A stretch of 61,468 nucleotides of DNA, counting the filler, from Globobulimina sp. (taxonomy: Eukaryota): assembly GCA_003354225.1 (NCBI GenBank). It is 20 parts of 20 records of this genome, joined end to end, with 100 filler letters (N's around TTAATTAATTAA, not from the genome) between each part and the next. Parts side by side here need not be neighbours in the genome. Positions count along the whole stretch, not along the records: positions 21,562 to 24,540 come from PIVH01004156.1; positions 24,641 to 27,619 come from PIVH01004157.1; positions 27,720 to 30,697 come from PIVH01004158.1; positions 30,798 to 33,775 come from PIVH01004159.1; 16 more parts are not named here. One strand, written 5' to 3'. The notes beneath the pieces are model-generated. The model had not been told where the DNA came from. It searched no databases and worked only from the letters and a program-made list of their open reading frames with translations. The position numbers and the translations under genes are program-made. Of this stretch, positions 21,562 to 32,153 are shown one piece after another (position 1 is the first letter of the stretch; every line of letters begins with the position of its first letter).

Positions 21562-22288
21562 TGTCCTTTTTTTTATTATTATTGTTAATATTATGATGCG
21601 AAGATGACTCAGTCACAGATTCATCCATATAATGATACTCTGGCTGTACCAATGTGATCTGTTTGGCATTATTTCTTAGCGACCGTATGAACGAACTGCT
21701 ATTATTATTCGCATTATTCGGATGCATATTTGGTGTAACAACATTAAGATTTGATAATGAATGGTTTGGTGATATTTGTGGTAAATAATTGGCCAAATTC
21801 TTGTTGTGTTCCATGTATCGTATCGTGAATTGTTGCTGTTGCAATGATTCATAATTATCGACTAATTCTTCGGGTAAGGTATCTTTGAATTTCTTCACAA
21901 TTTCGAGGGAATGGCATATTATCTCTATGATATGTCCTATGTATATTGTTGTGTCATTCACGTCTTTTTTATCGGAGACCCATTTTATTTTTGTGTTGCT
22001 GGCATCCAATTGGAACTTTCTCCAATGTGAGCGAGTACGGCGGGAACATAATTTACTTTTTTATATAAACATAATTATAGACATGGAAACAGAGAATATT
22101 ATAATAATTATATATTTACAAATCTCTTACAGTAATTTGGTGCCAGCTTGCATTGCCGATAGTACATTAATTTCAGAGCTGGCCAATTCTTTGCCAATAT
22201 ATCCATTATTTGCCAATTCACTGCTACTTTCTACGGTTGATTTAGATTTATGACTGCTTTTGTCTACAGACGGAAAAAATTGAGACAT
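21562..22288 (-). CDS. Protein with an N-terminal PLC-type PH domain, 3'-truncated
   Basis: Removing the GT-AG intron at 22056-22130 gives AMQAGTKLLKLCSRRTRSHWRKFQLDASNTKIKWVSDKK...IYIGHIIEI. Confidence 0.7.
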
Positions 22289-22469
22289 GATGATAGCCTG
22301 TCACAACTCAAGTTTTTCAGCACTTCAATTTTTAATTGTTTTTTGTACATATTAAACTAAAAGTGTTTCTAGACGAGAAACTAGTTGCGATACTTAAAAA
22401 AGTAATAATTAAAAAGTTAACAAGTACGATACTACACAGTCTGTACAAATCTCACATCTTGACACCAGA

Positions 22470-23413
22470 TCATCTCTTTTTTTTAGGTAAATATTTTGGA
22501 TGCATCCAACTATCCTCTTTTGTCGGATGCTTTAATGTTCCAAAGACCCAGTCCCAAAACATTGTAAAAAATCCAAAGTTATACCTGTAAAATGTATAAA
22601 AGCAAATGTGTCAATACAGGCACACAGAAATTGAACATAAATATACAGTTTTTATACGTGTTACCACGTCGTCACATACCAATTATATTTATGGTGAACA
22701 AAGTGATAATCGGCGCCCATCATCGGAGAGGGCAATTGCGGCACTCCTTGATGGATATACATGGTCCAACAGCCAATCACCAACGACAATATCCACACAA
22801 ACGTGATGGGAACGGGAATGATGGTCTGACAAATGGCCAAACCAATGCCTTGACTGAAACCATCCAATGGGTCAAAGGCAAAGCCAGTCCACACATTCAT
22901 TTCGTCACTGGCTTCGTATTTATGATGGAGGTCATGATTTAAATTCGCTTTGCCCCACTTCCAAATATGTAAAATAAACCAATGGTCGAAAAAGACAATA
23001 AACTCCAAGACGAGCACAAAAATTGAGAAACAAAATAAGGATTGAAAGAAACCGCCGCATTCTTGCACTGAGTCACAAGCGGCGGACCAACTTTTTTTTC
23101 GTAGCACGTCGCCGAGGACGGGAACAAATGTGTAAAGCGGGAAGGCAATCTCTGAGAGTTTCATGTGTGCGATGGATAAGGCATGGGGCACTTCATTTGT
23201 TCCGGCTTTTGGCCAAATTATCGCCACGTTCCATTGCATTAAGCCGCCGATTCCATAATACAAGAAATGCATCAACACGTAATAAAACAACCAGGTGAAT
23301 GCGATGCCGAGTAAGTCAGATTTAATGCCTTGGTTTCCAATACCAAACATGTAATCGAAGTCTTCGTCGCTAATTGGCAACAGCGACGCCATTGGCTGAT
23401 ACAACAAGTACAT
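22470..23413 (-). CDS. Sterol desaturase / fatty acid hydroxylase family (ERG3/lathosterol-oxidase-like)
   Basis: His boxes HWFILH, HDLHH, HFVHH. Intron at 22585-22679 restores HHKYNWYNFGFFTMFWDWVFGT. Basic C-terminus PKKKR*. Confidence 0.9.
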
Positions 23414-23478
23414 GACGCAAAACTGAAGCAGTGTTTATTTTATTTATTTGTTAAGTAAGTAAGAAAAACTTCAAATTA

Positions 23479-24411
23479 ATGGCAAAACTATTTAGCCTGC
23501 CAAGCTTTGCAATATCTAATGAATTCTACTACTTTCTCATCTTTTTGACCGCATTCAATATTTACATTTTTTGCACATTACAATACAGTGACGACTTGCT
23601 ATGCCAATTAAAGGCCGAATCCATTGCAGAAATGTCAGCCGCATCATTTGAAGCCGCAATATCGAAATTATCGCCGCATTTTAGCAAATTTGAAAAGAAT
23701 TGCAACTCAAATTATGAAAATTACACATTGGAGACCTGGAGCTATGTCACCTCGGTTTTAAATATGGATTGGCAATTCCGGCTTATTTATTTGTTTGTTT
23801 TCTATCAAATTGCATTATATCTGGAAAATAGGTATCAATGCAAAATGACAAAATTCATATCCAATCATTTAATCACAACGGCGACTCAACAAACAATTAA
23901 ATATAAGCTCTTGTCGCGATTCTGCAAATTTGTGGCAAACAGCGGCATATATTTCTGTTTTTGTATGCTCGATGTCGAATACACTCGGTGGAGATTCACT
24001 GATCAAAATGCACAAAGTATGGATGCGGCATTAATGGATTACTCTCAACAGACAGTATATGAGAAAGTGGTGCTTATTATTTATATGTTTGTCCGCGTAC
24101 ATCCGACGGACTCCTGGTTGGTCCGAATCAGCCATGGCTTATCGTATCCATTCACCATCTACGCATTGACAAGACATAGCATATCGGAGTTCATATTCTG
24201 TCACATGTTATCCATTGCATTTTGGGCATTCCACATTGGCGGATTATGTCATACATTGGATCGTAGCGATATGCATTTACGCTGTGTCCGACGCAGTTTT
24301 ATATGGTCCGTAAGAGGCAGTTCTGTGACTGGCGAAGCAATCAGACAATCTGTGGCGCCCTACCTCAATCTAGTTTGCTTGACCATTGATTGTGCCAAAT
24401 ACTTGTTGTGA
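23479..24411 (+). CDS. Hypothetical multi-pass membrane protein
   Basis: 310-aa ORF with several hydrophobic segments; 3' structure uncertain. Confidence 0.55.
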   Translation: MAKLFSLPSFAISNEFYYFLIFLTAFNIYIFCTLQYSDDLLCQLKAESIAEMSAASFEAAISKLSPHFSKFEKNCNSNYENYTLETWSYVTSVLNMDWQFRLIYLFVFYQIALYLENRYQCKMTKFISNHLITTATQQTIKYKLLSRFCKFVANSGIYFCFCMLDVEYTRWRFTDQNAQSMDAALMDYSQQTVYEKVVLIIYMFVRVHPTDSWLVRISHGLSYPFTIYALTRHSISEFIFCHMLSIAFWAFHIGGLCHTLDRSDMHLRCVRRSFIWSVRGSSVTGEAIRQSVAPYLNLVCLTIDCAKYLL

Positions 24412-24756
24412 CTTTACTTAATTTGACACGTTTTTTTTAATTCTAATCATATTACAGAATGACATGAAGACAGTATTTATGTTCCCATAATCTCATGACG
24501 GCATTAAATCATTTGTTTATATATAATTTCATGCAAATAGNNNNNNNNNNNNNNNNNNNNNNNNNNNNNNNNNNNNNNNNNNNNTTAATTAATTAANNNN
24601 NNNNNNNNNNNNNNNNNNNNNNNNNNNNNNNNNNNNNNNNATTAATTTATTTAATGATTTCATACTATTTTTTGGATGATAAATATCAATAAATTCCCAT
24701 GTGCACTTTGAGAGTTTTTTTAATTTTCACTCGAGCAAAAACATTTCGTTACGTTC

Positions 24757-25904
24757 ATGGCAGAGGAAAAGCAAAAGAAACAACAAACAGCATTACTCAT
24801 AGGTGGTGCCATAGTGTTAGGAGCCATCGGATATTACTATTACTCATCGCAATCAGAGTCAAAACAAGAACCGAATAGCGCCACAATCGAACAAGTAACA
24901 TATGCGAATGCTAATGCTGACACATTCCAATCCAATAAAATTGATGATAGCAATCAATATGATAGGCACATAATACATACACACAATCAATACATATACA
25001 CACATATATATATATAACAAATGAAATAAACAGCAAATCTGAAGACGATCCCGATGATGCACCAATCATTAATGGAGTGGATGAAATTGAACAACCGGCA
25101 AACTCTGACAATAAACAAGAAGAGGAACCAGAAGCAGTGACAACAGTTAATGAGATTTTGAAGGAAGAGAAAGAGGCAGAAAACGCAAACTCGCCAAAGG
25201 AAGAATCGTCGGTTATGGAGGATTCGCCGGTCATTGTTAATACAATGGACACTGATTCAGAGCCTATAGTCGTTAAACAAATGGTTGATGCACCAGAACC
25301 AGCACAGGACCATAAAGCAACTGGCAACGAAGTGGTAGCTGCAGAGTCTAAGAGCGATGGACAAGAAGCAACACTAAAAACATTGACACAGAAATCTGAC
25401 GATATTGCAGATACAGTGAGTAAACATAAAAAATTGCAATATAAAAATGGTAAATTAACTGTGGCTTTAATTAATTTGGTGAATATTGATAAGAGTGAAC
25501 AAGGTGTGCATGTTTGAGCGCTTCTGCGATTTTGCGTATATTGTTTATTGTGTTTGTACTTTTTATGTGAAGATAAAAATGAGGTTTTGGTGAAGTTAAA
25601 TTTAGCGGAACATAAAGAGCAAATATTGAGTGCGAAAGGGATTGTGAATGATGGGGAGGTTGAGTTTAATGAGAGATTTACATTGGATGTGAATGATACA
25701 TTGAGTGATGTTTTGGTTGTAAGTGTTGAGAATAACGGAAAGGAGATTGGTGCAGTTGAGATAAAGGTGATTGATATTGTTGGTTCAGAAGGACAGTGTG
25801 TTGAAAATCGGGGATTTCAAGTGGTTGGTTCTAAGTCGAAGTGTATGTTGTATTTGGATTTGATGTATTTTGAGTTTGTTGATATGGATAAAACAGAAAG
25901 CTGA
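24757..25904 (+). CDS. N-terminally anchored protein with an acidic linker and a C-terminal C2 domain
   Basis: TM LLIGGAIVLGAIGYYYY. Introns 24966-25033 (GC-AG) and 25504-25572 (GT-AG) join three ORFs in frame. C2 pattern GKLTVALINL..VEFNERFTLDV..VLVVSVE..EIGAVEIKV. Confidence 0.75.
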
Positions 25905-26131
25905 CATGACATATTTCTAGATTGTGCATGACGTATTGCTATTTTATATACTTTAGAACAAGCATTTATTGAAGCCATGTTAGGTATAGCCACACCAACA
26001 ACATACCAAGAGCTTTGCTGCTCTACTCATACGGTACTCACTACTCAAAGTGAACTAGGTTTTGTACTAGGTTACTTATTCTTCTATTTTAGTATTCTTG
26101 TACCGTGACACCGTGTCAGGCAGTTATTAAC

Positions 26132-26458
26132 ATGAGAGACGTAGTGCTTGTACTGTTATTGTCTAGTATCCTGGACCTGGACCTGGTAGAATCACAACTT
26201 CCCACAACCGAAGATATTCCATACACTACAGCCACTGACACATTTGAGCCACAAATCTATTCAATTGCAGAAAGTCACAATTTCCATCCGGAATCTGTCA
26301 ATTCATCTCTTCCCATTCCTGACATTGGCACTGTGGCTTGGTGGGCACAATCTGGCAGTGAAGGTTATGAAGGAGTCGGTGTTGCGTTTACAAATGCATT
26401 CATAAATCAAACGGAACAGCAAGTAATTTATGAGTCAGCTCTATCGGTTTTGGTATAA
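26132..26458 (+). CDS. Possible secreted-protein fragment of unknown origin, abutting the bacterial segment
   Basis: MRDVVLVLLLSSIL signal-like start; its 3' end overlaps the truncated radical SAM ORF. Confidence 0.3.
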   Translation: MRDVVLVLLLSSILDLDLVESQLPTTEDIPYTTATDTFEPQIYSIAESHNFHPESVNSSLPIPDIGTVAWWAQSGSEGYEGVGVAFTNAFINQTEQQVIYESALSVLV

Positions 26459-26976
26459 CAACTGAAAAAATGACCTAAAAAACATTCGGCTTCCCCTAAG
26501 AGGAAACAATCGATGAAAGGGGCAATGGGTTCTGGGTTTAAAAAACAGGCGACTCCCCCTGCGACCACCAGGGGGTGGGTGTGGTTTCGATCAGATGATC
26601 GCAAGGGGATGCCTGCTTCTCCAAGGAGTTGAACAAGGTGTAAAAAATCGTTTTCAAATGATATTGAGAAAAGAATAATATCAAATTGATCAAGGTTTAA
26701 CCCGCTTTCAATGCTTTGATGATGCTTTGTTTTCTGTTTTGAATCTGGGAGGAAGACCCTTTCACAGGAAACATTTTCAATCTGGTTTGCAAGCCGATAT
26801 ACGGTTTGAAACCCTAAACTTGACATACCTGCTTTATAGGTATTGGGATATACAAGGGCTGCTTTGATCAGCCCTATCCCTTTTTTAAATATGACCCCTT
26901 GTTCTTTTGGGTCAATTAAATGTCTTGGTTTTCTTTTAAAGCCATAATTTTTAGCAGGTTTGGACCTTTTTTTCAT
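26428..26976 (-). CDS. Bacterial B12-binding radical SAM protein, N-terminal part only (truncated at a junction)
   Basis: ALVYPNTYKAGMSSLGFQTVY, CERVFLP, FDIILFSISFEND, PLVVAGG..LNPEPIAPFID..LGEAE. Stops before any CxxxCxxC. Starts 3 nt after the ftsZ stop. Confidence 0.85.
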   Translation of the reverse strand: MKKRSKPAKNYGFKRKPRHLIDPKEQGVIFKKGIGLIKAALVYPNTYKAGMSSLGFQTVYRLANQIENVSCERVFLPDSKQKTKHHQSIESGLNLDQFDIILFSISFENDFLHLVQLLGEAGIPLRSSDRNHTHPLVVAGGVACFLNPEPIAPFIDCFLLGEAECFLGHFFSCYTKTDRADS

Positions 26977-26979
26977 TTA

Positions 26980-27618
26980 TCAGTCTGCTTTTCTTCTAAG
27001 AAAGGTAGGCACCTCCAAATCATTATTATCATATGGCATTGATGCATAATCATCTATGATATCATCAGCACCAACTGCTTTTTTTTGCGTTACGATTACA
27101 GGATTATCAAATTCATTCCAATTGGCCAGCTCATCTTCAGTCGGGGTTCTCACATGACCTCTGGAAATAGCAGAAGCCGGTTGAGACATTATAGCTTGTG
27201 GCTGAGCGACTGGTGCGGCTTGTTGATAATTTACAGGCTGGGCCGCTGGATCAAATTGATGAATGTTATGTACTTCTTTATTTTCTTCAGTTCCAATACC
27301 AGTAGCGATCACTGTGATTCTCATCTCATCGCCCAACTCATCATCAAAGGTTTGACCCCATATGATTTCAGCATCATCACCCACTTCTTCATAAATACGA
27401 TCAGAAGCTTCTGTCATTTCGTCAAGGGTTAGATCAGAGCTCGATGTGATATTCATTAGAACGCCTTTTGCGCCTGAAATAGAGATATCTTCAAGAAGCG
27501 GATGAGATATGGCTTTTTCGGCCGCTTCAATCGCCCGGTTTTCACCAGAAGCAATACCGATTCCCATTAATGCTTTCCACGCTTTTTGCATGGTTGTTAT
27601 GACATCGGCAAAATCCAG
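26980..27618 (-). CDS. ftsZ: Bacterial cell-division protein FtsZ, C-terminal half (deltaproteobacterial-type)
   Basis: LDFADV..ALMGIGIASGENRAIEAAEKAISHPLLE..GAKGVLMNIT..ITVIATG, and the C-terminal core DLEVPTFLRRKAD. Confidence 0.97.
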   Translation of the reverse strand: MDFADVITTMQKAWKALMGIGIASGENRAIEAAEKAISHPLLEDISISGAKGVLMNITSSSDLTLDEMTEASDRIYEEVGDDAEIIWGQTFDDELGDEMRITVIATGIGTEENKEVHNIHQFDPAAQPVNYQQAAPVAQPQAIMSQPASAISRGHVRTPTEDELANWNEFDNPVIVTQKKAVGADDIIDDYASMPYDNNDLEVPTFLRRKAD

Positions 27619-27791
27619 GNNNNNNNNNNNNNNNNNNNNNNNNNNNNNNNNNNNNNNNNNNNNTTAATTAATTAANNNNNNNNNNNNNNNNNNNNNNNNN
27701 NNNNNNNNNNNNNNNNNNNCGATATAGTCAGTTTATTATATATTTTCAGTTTTATACGTATTTAATATAATATATAATATATAATATATAC

Positions 27792-28198
27792 CTCCTCCAA
27801 TGGAAACCCCTTGAGGTTGAACAGCAGGATATTTTCCGGCTGTTTCACAACTTTCAAATTTAAATGAATTGTCACCAGTTGGTTTTACTTTAAATCTGGT
27901 CCATTTACCACCGCCACCACCAACATCAATTTGATTCCCTTGCACAATGCGTAAAAATTTATTTGTTTTTGTATTTTCAAACTTAGCCACTTTAAATCCA
28001 TCCTGTTCGCCATCTAAATGCACATTCCACCGCGCTAAGCCACCAGTGCCGCCATCCCCGTTTGCTGCATCATTGTCACCAGGCGCAATGCGCAAAAACT
28101 TACCAAAAAACGTATTCAATACTACTTGCGACTCATTATTGAAATAATAGGCATTTTGGTAAGGTCCGCCCCCGTGTTGTTGCGCTCTATTTCGACCA

Positions 28199-28230
<32 letters not shown>

Positions 28231-28746
28231 TAAATATTTTTCAGTTTCAAACCAGAAAATTATAGGTTCAAAATCAACGAAAAAATGGTGAGAAATGCAT
28301 ATGAAGACATGTATGCAGTATGTACCTTGACGGAAGAATGTGAATTCGGTCCATTTACCACCACCACCAATGCCCGGTCCTCTTGGTTGAACAGCCGGAT
28401 ATTTACCAGACAATTCACATGATTCTAATTTAGCTGAATTACTGCCAGTTTTATGGACTTTGAATCTCGTCCATTTACCACCACCACCACCTACATCGAT
28501 AGCGTTGCCATTTCGATAAATACGTAAATATTTACCGGTTGCTGTATGTTTTAATTTACATATTTTTAAGCCGTCTTCTTCTCCATGTAATTCAATTTCC
28601 CATCGTGCCCATTTGCCTGTGCCACCATTCTCGTCTAATTCATCCGTATTATTTGGGTCGATGCGTAGAAATTTGCCTTTTGGATGTCTTAACACTACAT
28701 TATTATTCTTATGGAATCCGTACTGCGCTTTATATTGTCCTGCCAT
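27792..28746 (-). CDS. Tandem fascin/actin-crosslinking-like beta-trefoil repeat protein, 3'-truncated
   Basis: Two homologous domains, each of three GKxLRI...GGxGKWxRF repeats, separated by poly-Gly. Intron at 28230-28325; another donor at 27791. Confidence 0.7.
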
Positions 28747-29053
28747 TTGTGACAAAAAACTAGTTAGTTAAGTTGAATTAAGGTGAGGTTTTTGAGTGAA
28801 TAATATCCCACACCGTGACAGAGAGATCAGTTCATTAAACTTCATTTATCATGGAATATCGTTAATAGATCCCTAAGAAAAAAGCTTGAATATAATAATT
28901 GCCACCAAACAGAAATTTTGAATCAAATTTGTTCCACTATTACTACAGTGCAAGGAGTCGAAAACAAAAAAAAACACCGAGGGCCAATTAACACAAACAC
29001 ATACAAACACAAAATCTACGATAAACAGTGTAGTTATATAAAATATATATGAA

Positions 29054-30697
29054 TTAAGGCGTATAACATCTTAAATCATTTTCATCCAAAGTTAGCGAAG
29101 TCGATTGAACTCTCGTCATTTGAGTAGATTCAGAATGTCCGGGCGTAGGCAAAGATCGAGCATTCACCAACGACGCTAATGACAATACATTGCCAATGGC
29201 AACTTCCGTTTTATGCTGTTTTTTCCTTTTCATCTTCTTATTCATTTTCCTATTTGCCTTTACATTATAGCTAAAATTGTTTATCGCGGGACACGATCGC
29301 TGTGTCTGTTCTAACATTGGTAAGTCTGCAGATTCTCTTTGTGAACTTGAAATTGTCAATGCAGATAAAGACCTGCCTAAATGCAATCTTTTCTTTTTAG
29401 TGATTGGATCCCGACTTATTGGAGTTCTCGAGGGGCCATACTCGCCATTACTAGTAATGATTTGAGTCAATGGCTCCTCTGAAATAGAGGTTAATACGGT
29501 GGTGAAATCAGCATTATATGCCAATGGAGTGTGATACCCATCTAACTTTGCTAAGTTTTCACGTGTTCCATGCTTCTTTGCCCTTCGTCTTCCATCCCTT
29601 TCCTTCTCCATCTCGATATGTATCATTTCTACCAAGCTTTGATTTGCTACCAAAGCTTCCTCCGGAAACAAGACAGAGGCCAAACGGCGAAAATCATCCG
29701 TTGCTGTTACAAATAGTCTATAAATTAAATAAATGATATGCTATCAATACAACATACATTTAAAACGTAAGTATGAGTCCGTTTTAATGAGTCGCCATAC
29801 TTCGGTAAACGCAGAATCATAAATTTTATACATTCTCACCAATGGATTGTCCTGATCCAAATTAGTTATATTCCTCTTGTCATTGCTCTCAATTTTAATA
29901 TTAATATCGTGGAGTGATGCTGTATGCTGATTTTGTAAAAGTTCTTGAAAGTAACGATAAATATCCTTACGAATACCAAATGAAATATTGATGCATAAGT
30001 CTGCAGATTCTTCGATGTATTTATCGTAAATGTGCACCGCAATTAAATACGGATTGTTAGAAAACATTCTACTGTCAATCGGTAACCATGAAACATTCAA
30101 TATGGATGCGGCGGAAAACACGTGATGTTGTCCTTTATATTCAGTAGAATGCCAGCCGCATAATTTTGGCACATTATCTTCAATTAAACCATTGGATATA
30201 TTGCGTATTACAGCTTTAAATTGCGTCACTTCCAAGAGGAAGAGTATGGATTCCAAACCAAATTCTTTTTGTAAGTGATTACAAAAAGATTCAATGCCGA
30301 AACGATGGTCCATAATCTGTTTTGTTTTTGTTATAATTTAGAAATTAAAAACATATATACAGTATACACACATCTTGAAAATCAATCCGTTTGCTTAATA
30401 AAGAAATAAACGAAGATCTCTTGGCATTGTTTTTGAGCTGCTGTATTAAGCGTATTTTTTGAGTGAATTCGAATTTATGTCTGGCCCAACGACAGGCGTA
30501 GTATAAGACAAATAAATCGGCAATGCAGACAAAGACTAATTCCACCAATAATGCCCAATGTCTATCGACGTAAAATGCTGTGATATTATAGAAAATGTGT
30601 GCACAAACGTATGCTACGCCGCTTGTTTTGACCGTTCCTAATAATTCGGGACGGATGGAGTGTTCATCGAACACTAAAGAGATTTGACGAACGATCT
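29054..30697 (-). CDS. Transmembrane-RGS domain protein (7TM-RGS-like), 5'-truncated
   Basis: TM helices after FDEHSIRPEL. Introns at 30317-30371 and 29704-29757. RGS motifs FCNHLQKEFGLESILFLLEV, IYDKYI..ADLCINIS, AFTEVWRLIKTDSYLRFKST. Confidence 0.88.
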
Positions 30698-30889
30698 NNN
30701 NNNNNNNNNNNNNNNNNNNNNNNNNNNNNNNNNNNNNNNNNTTAATTAATTAANNNNNNNNNNNNNNNNNNNNNNNNNNNNNNNNNNNNNNNNNNNNAAG
30801 TGGAGAAAATAATAATAAATGGACTCTAATTGATACATCATTATCGATTCAAAAAGTACGCACAGCATTTCGGTATACAACATTTTTAA

Positions 30890-31882
30890 GTGCGAATGGT
30901 AACATCGAGCATTGGTGATGTTATCACAGATTTGAATGCTTCTGCTAAACCATGCGAGAACACTACATTTGGTGTTTCTGGCTGTGTTCATGAAGGAATG
31001 TTAGAATCCGCGTATTTTATCAGAAACAAAATATCTGTGCAGTTGGTACGTTTATGCGAATTATACACAAATTACTCTGTACTTATCACAGGACACTCTT
31101 TAGGCGCAGGGGTTGCTTCTTTGCTTGGTTTGATGTATAAGGATCACCCGGTCATTTATGAAAAAAATGGATTGAAAGTTTATTCGTTTGCCAGTCCGTG
31201 TATTGTGTCGAAGGAATTTGTAGAAAGTAATGTTGCACAGAATTATATAACGTCCGTTGTTTTGAGCACTGTCGTAGTTACAAGATTGTCGTGGGAGTCG
31301 ATGCGAAAATGTAATTTGAGACAGGATTTTATCATGAAACATTCGAAAAATGTGGTAAATGAATGTTTGAATTGTGACCATATTGAGGATGAAAGTGCAG
31401 CATCGGAATTTTTGCGAGTTTTGAAATGTTTGCAATCACCGCAAGTTGACAAAGAATTGTATCCATTGGGCAGAGTACTTTGGTTCGTGCCGAATGTTGT
31501 GATGAATGATGATGTTGTTTACAGACGGAATTGTTTGATGAATCTGGAAAATGTCACTGTTGATAATAATAAGCCATTGCAATGTGATATGGAATGTAAA
31601 GAAGATACAACACAGAAATCAAAAGTAAATGAAATATTTAGCTCGGCGTGGGACAATTTTCAACAAAGTATAATGGATTTGGATACATTTAATGGGGGAG
31701 AATATAAATTGGATAAATCAAAAAGGACTAAGAAATATGGAGGGGAAAACTATGTATTATGTGATGCATCGTCATGTAAATATATATTCCAAGAGTTAGT
31801 GTTTGATCTCCCGGAATCTGTCAAGGCGCATGAACCACAAAGGTATCTTTGGGCGTGCGACACGACATTAAGAGTGCAATAA
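30890..31882 (+). CDS. Class 3 lipase (diacylglycerol-lipase-like); 5' end degenerate, catalytic Asp apparently lost
   Basis: TSSIGDVITDL, VHEGMLESA, ITGHSLGAGVASLL, YSFASP, STVVVTRLS, LYPLGRV, HEPQRYL. Confidence 0.85.
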   Translation: MRMVTSSIGDVITDLNASAKPCENTTFGVSGCVHEGMLESAYFIRNKISVQLVRLCELYTNYSVLITGHSLGAGVASLLGLMYKDHPVIYEKNGLKVYSFASPCIVSKEFVESNVAQNYITSVVLSTVVVTRLSWESMRKCNLRQDFIMKHSKNVVNECLNCDHIEDESAASEFLRVLKCLQSPQVDKELYPLGRVLWFVPNVVMNDDVVYRRNCLMNLENVTVDNNKPLQCDMECKEDTTQKSKVNEIFSSAWDNFQQSIMDLDTFNGGEYKLDKSKRTKKYGGENYVLCDASSCKYIFQELVFDLPESVKAHEPQRYLWACDTTLRVQ

Positions 31883-32153
31883 CTTTGTTTTTTTTACTTT
31901 AAATCAATGCAACATTATACGATGACACAGCGAGTTGAGCTGTCCTGTTATAATTATGGGCTACAAGATATAAATAATGATGACACACTTTGTTTGTTGC
32001 TGCAATATATTAACATCTAAGGAGGGAATCCACAAACATTAGCATTAAAACAGAAACGATTGGAAGACAAACAGCAAAATAATTCATCAATTATGTAAAT
32101 ATGATTATATTAATTATTATTAAGTTAACAACAAATGTAAATATCAAAATATA

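Noticed and set aside
26980-27618. Nuclear-encoded organellar FtsZ
   Set aside because: It has no introns, a bacterial C-terminal core peptide and a 3-nt operonic spacing to a bacterial radical SAM gene.
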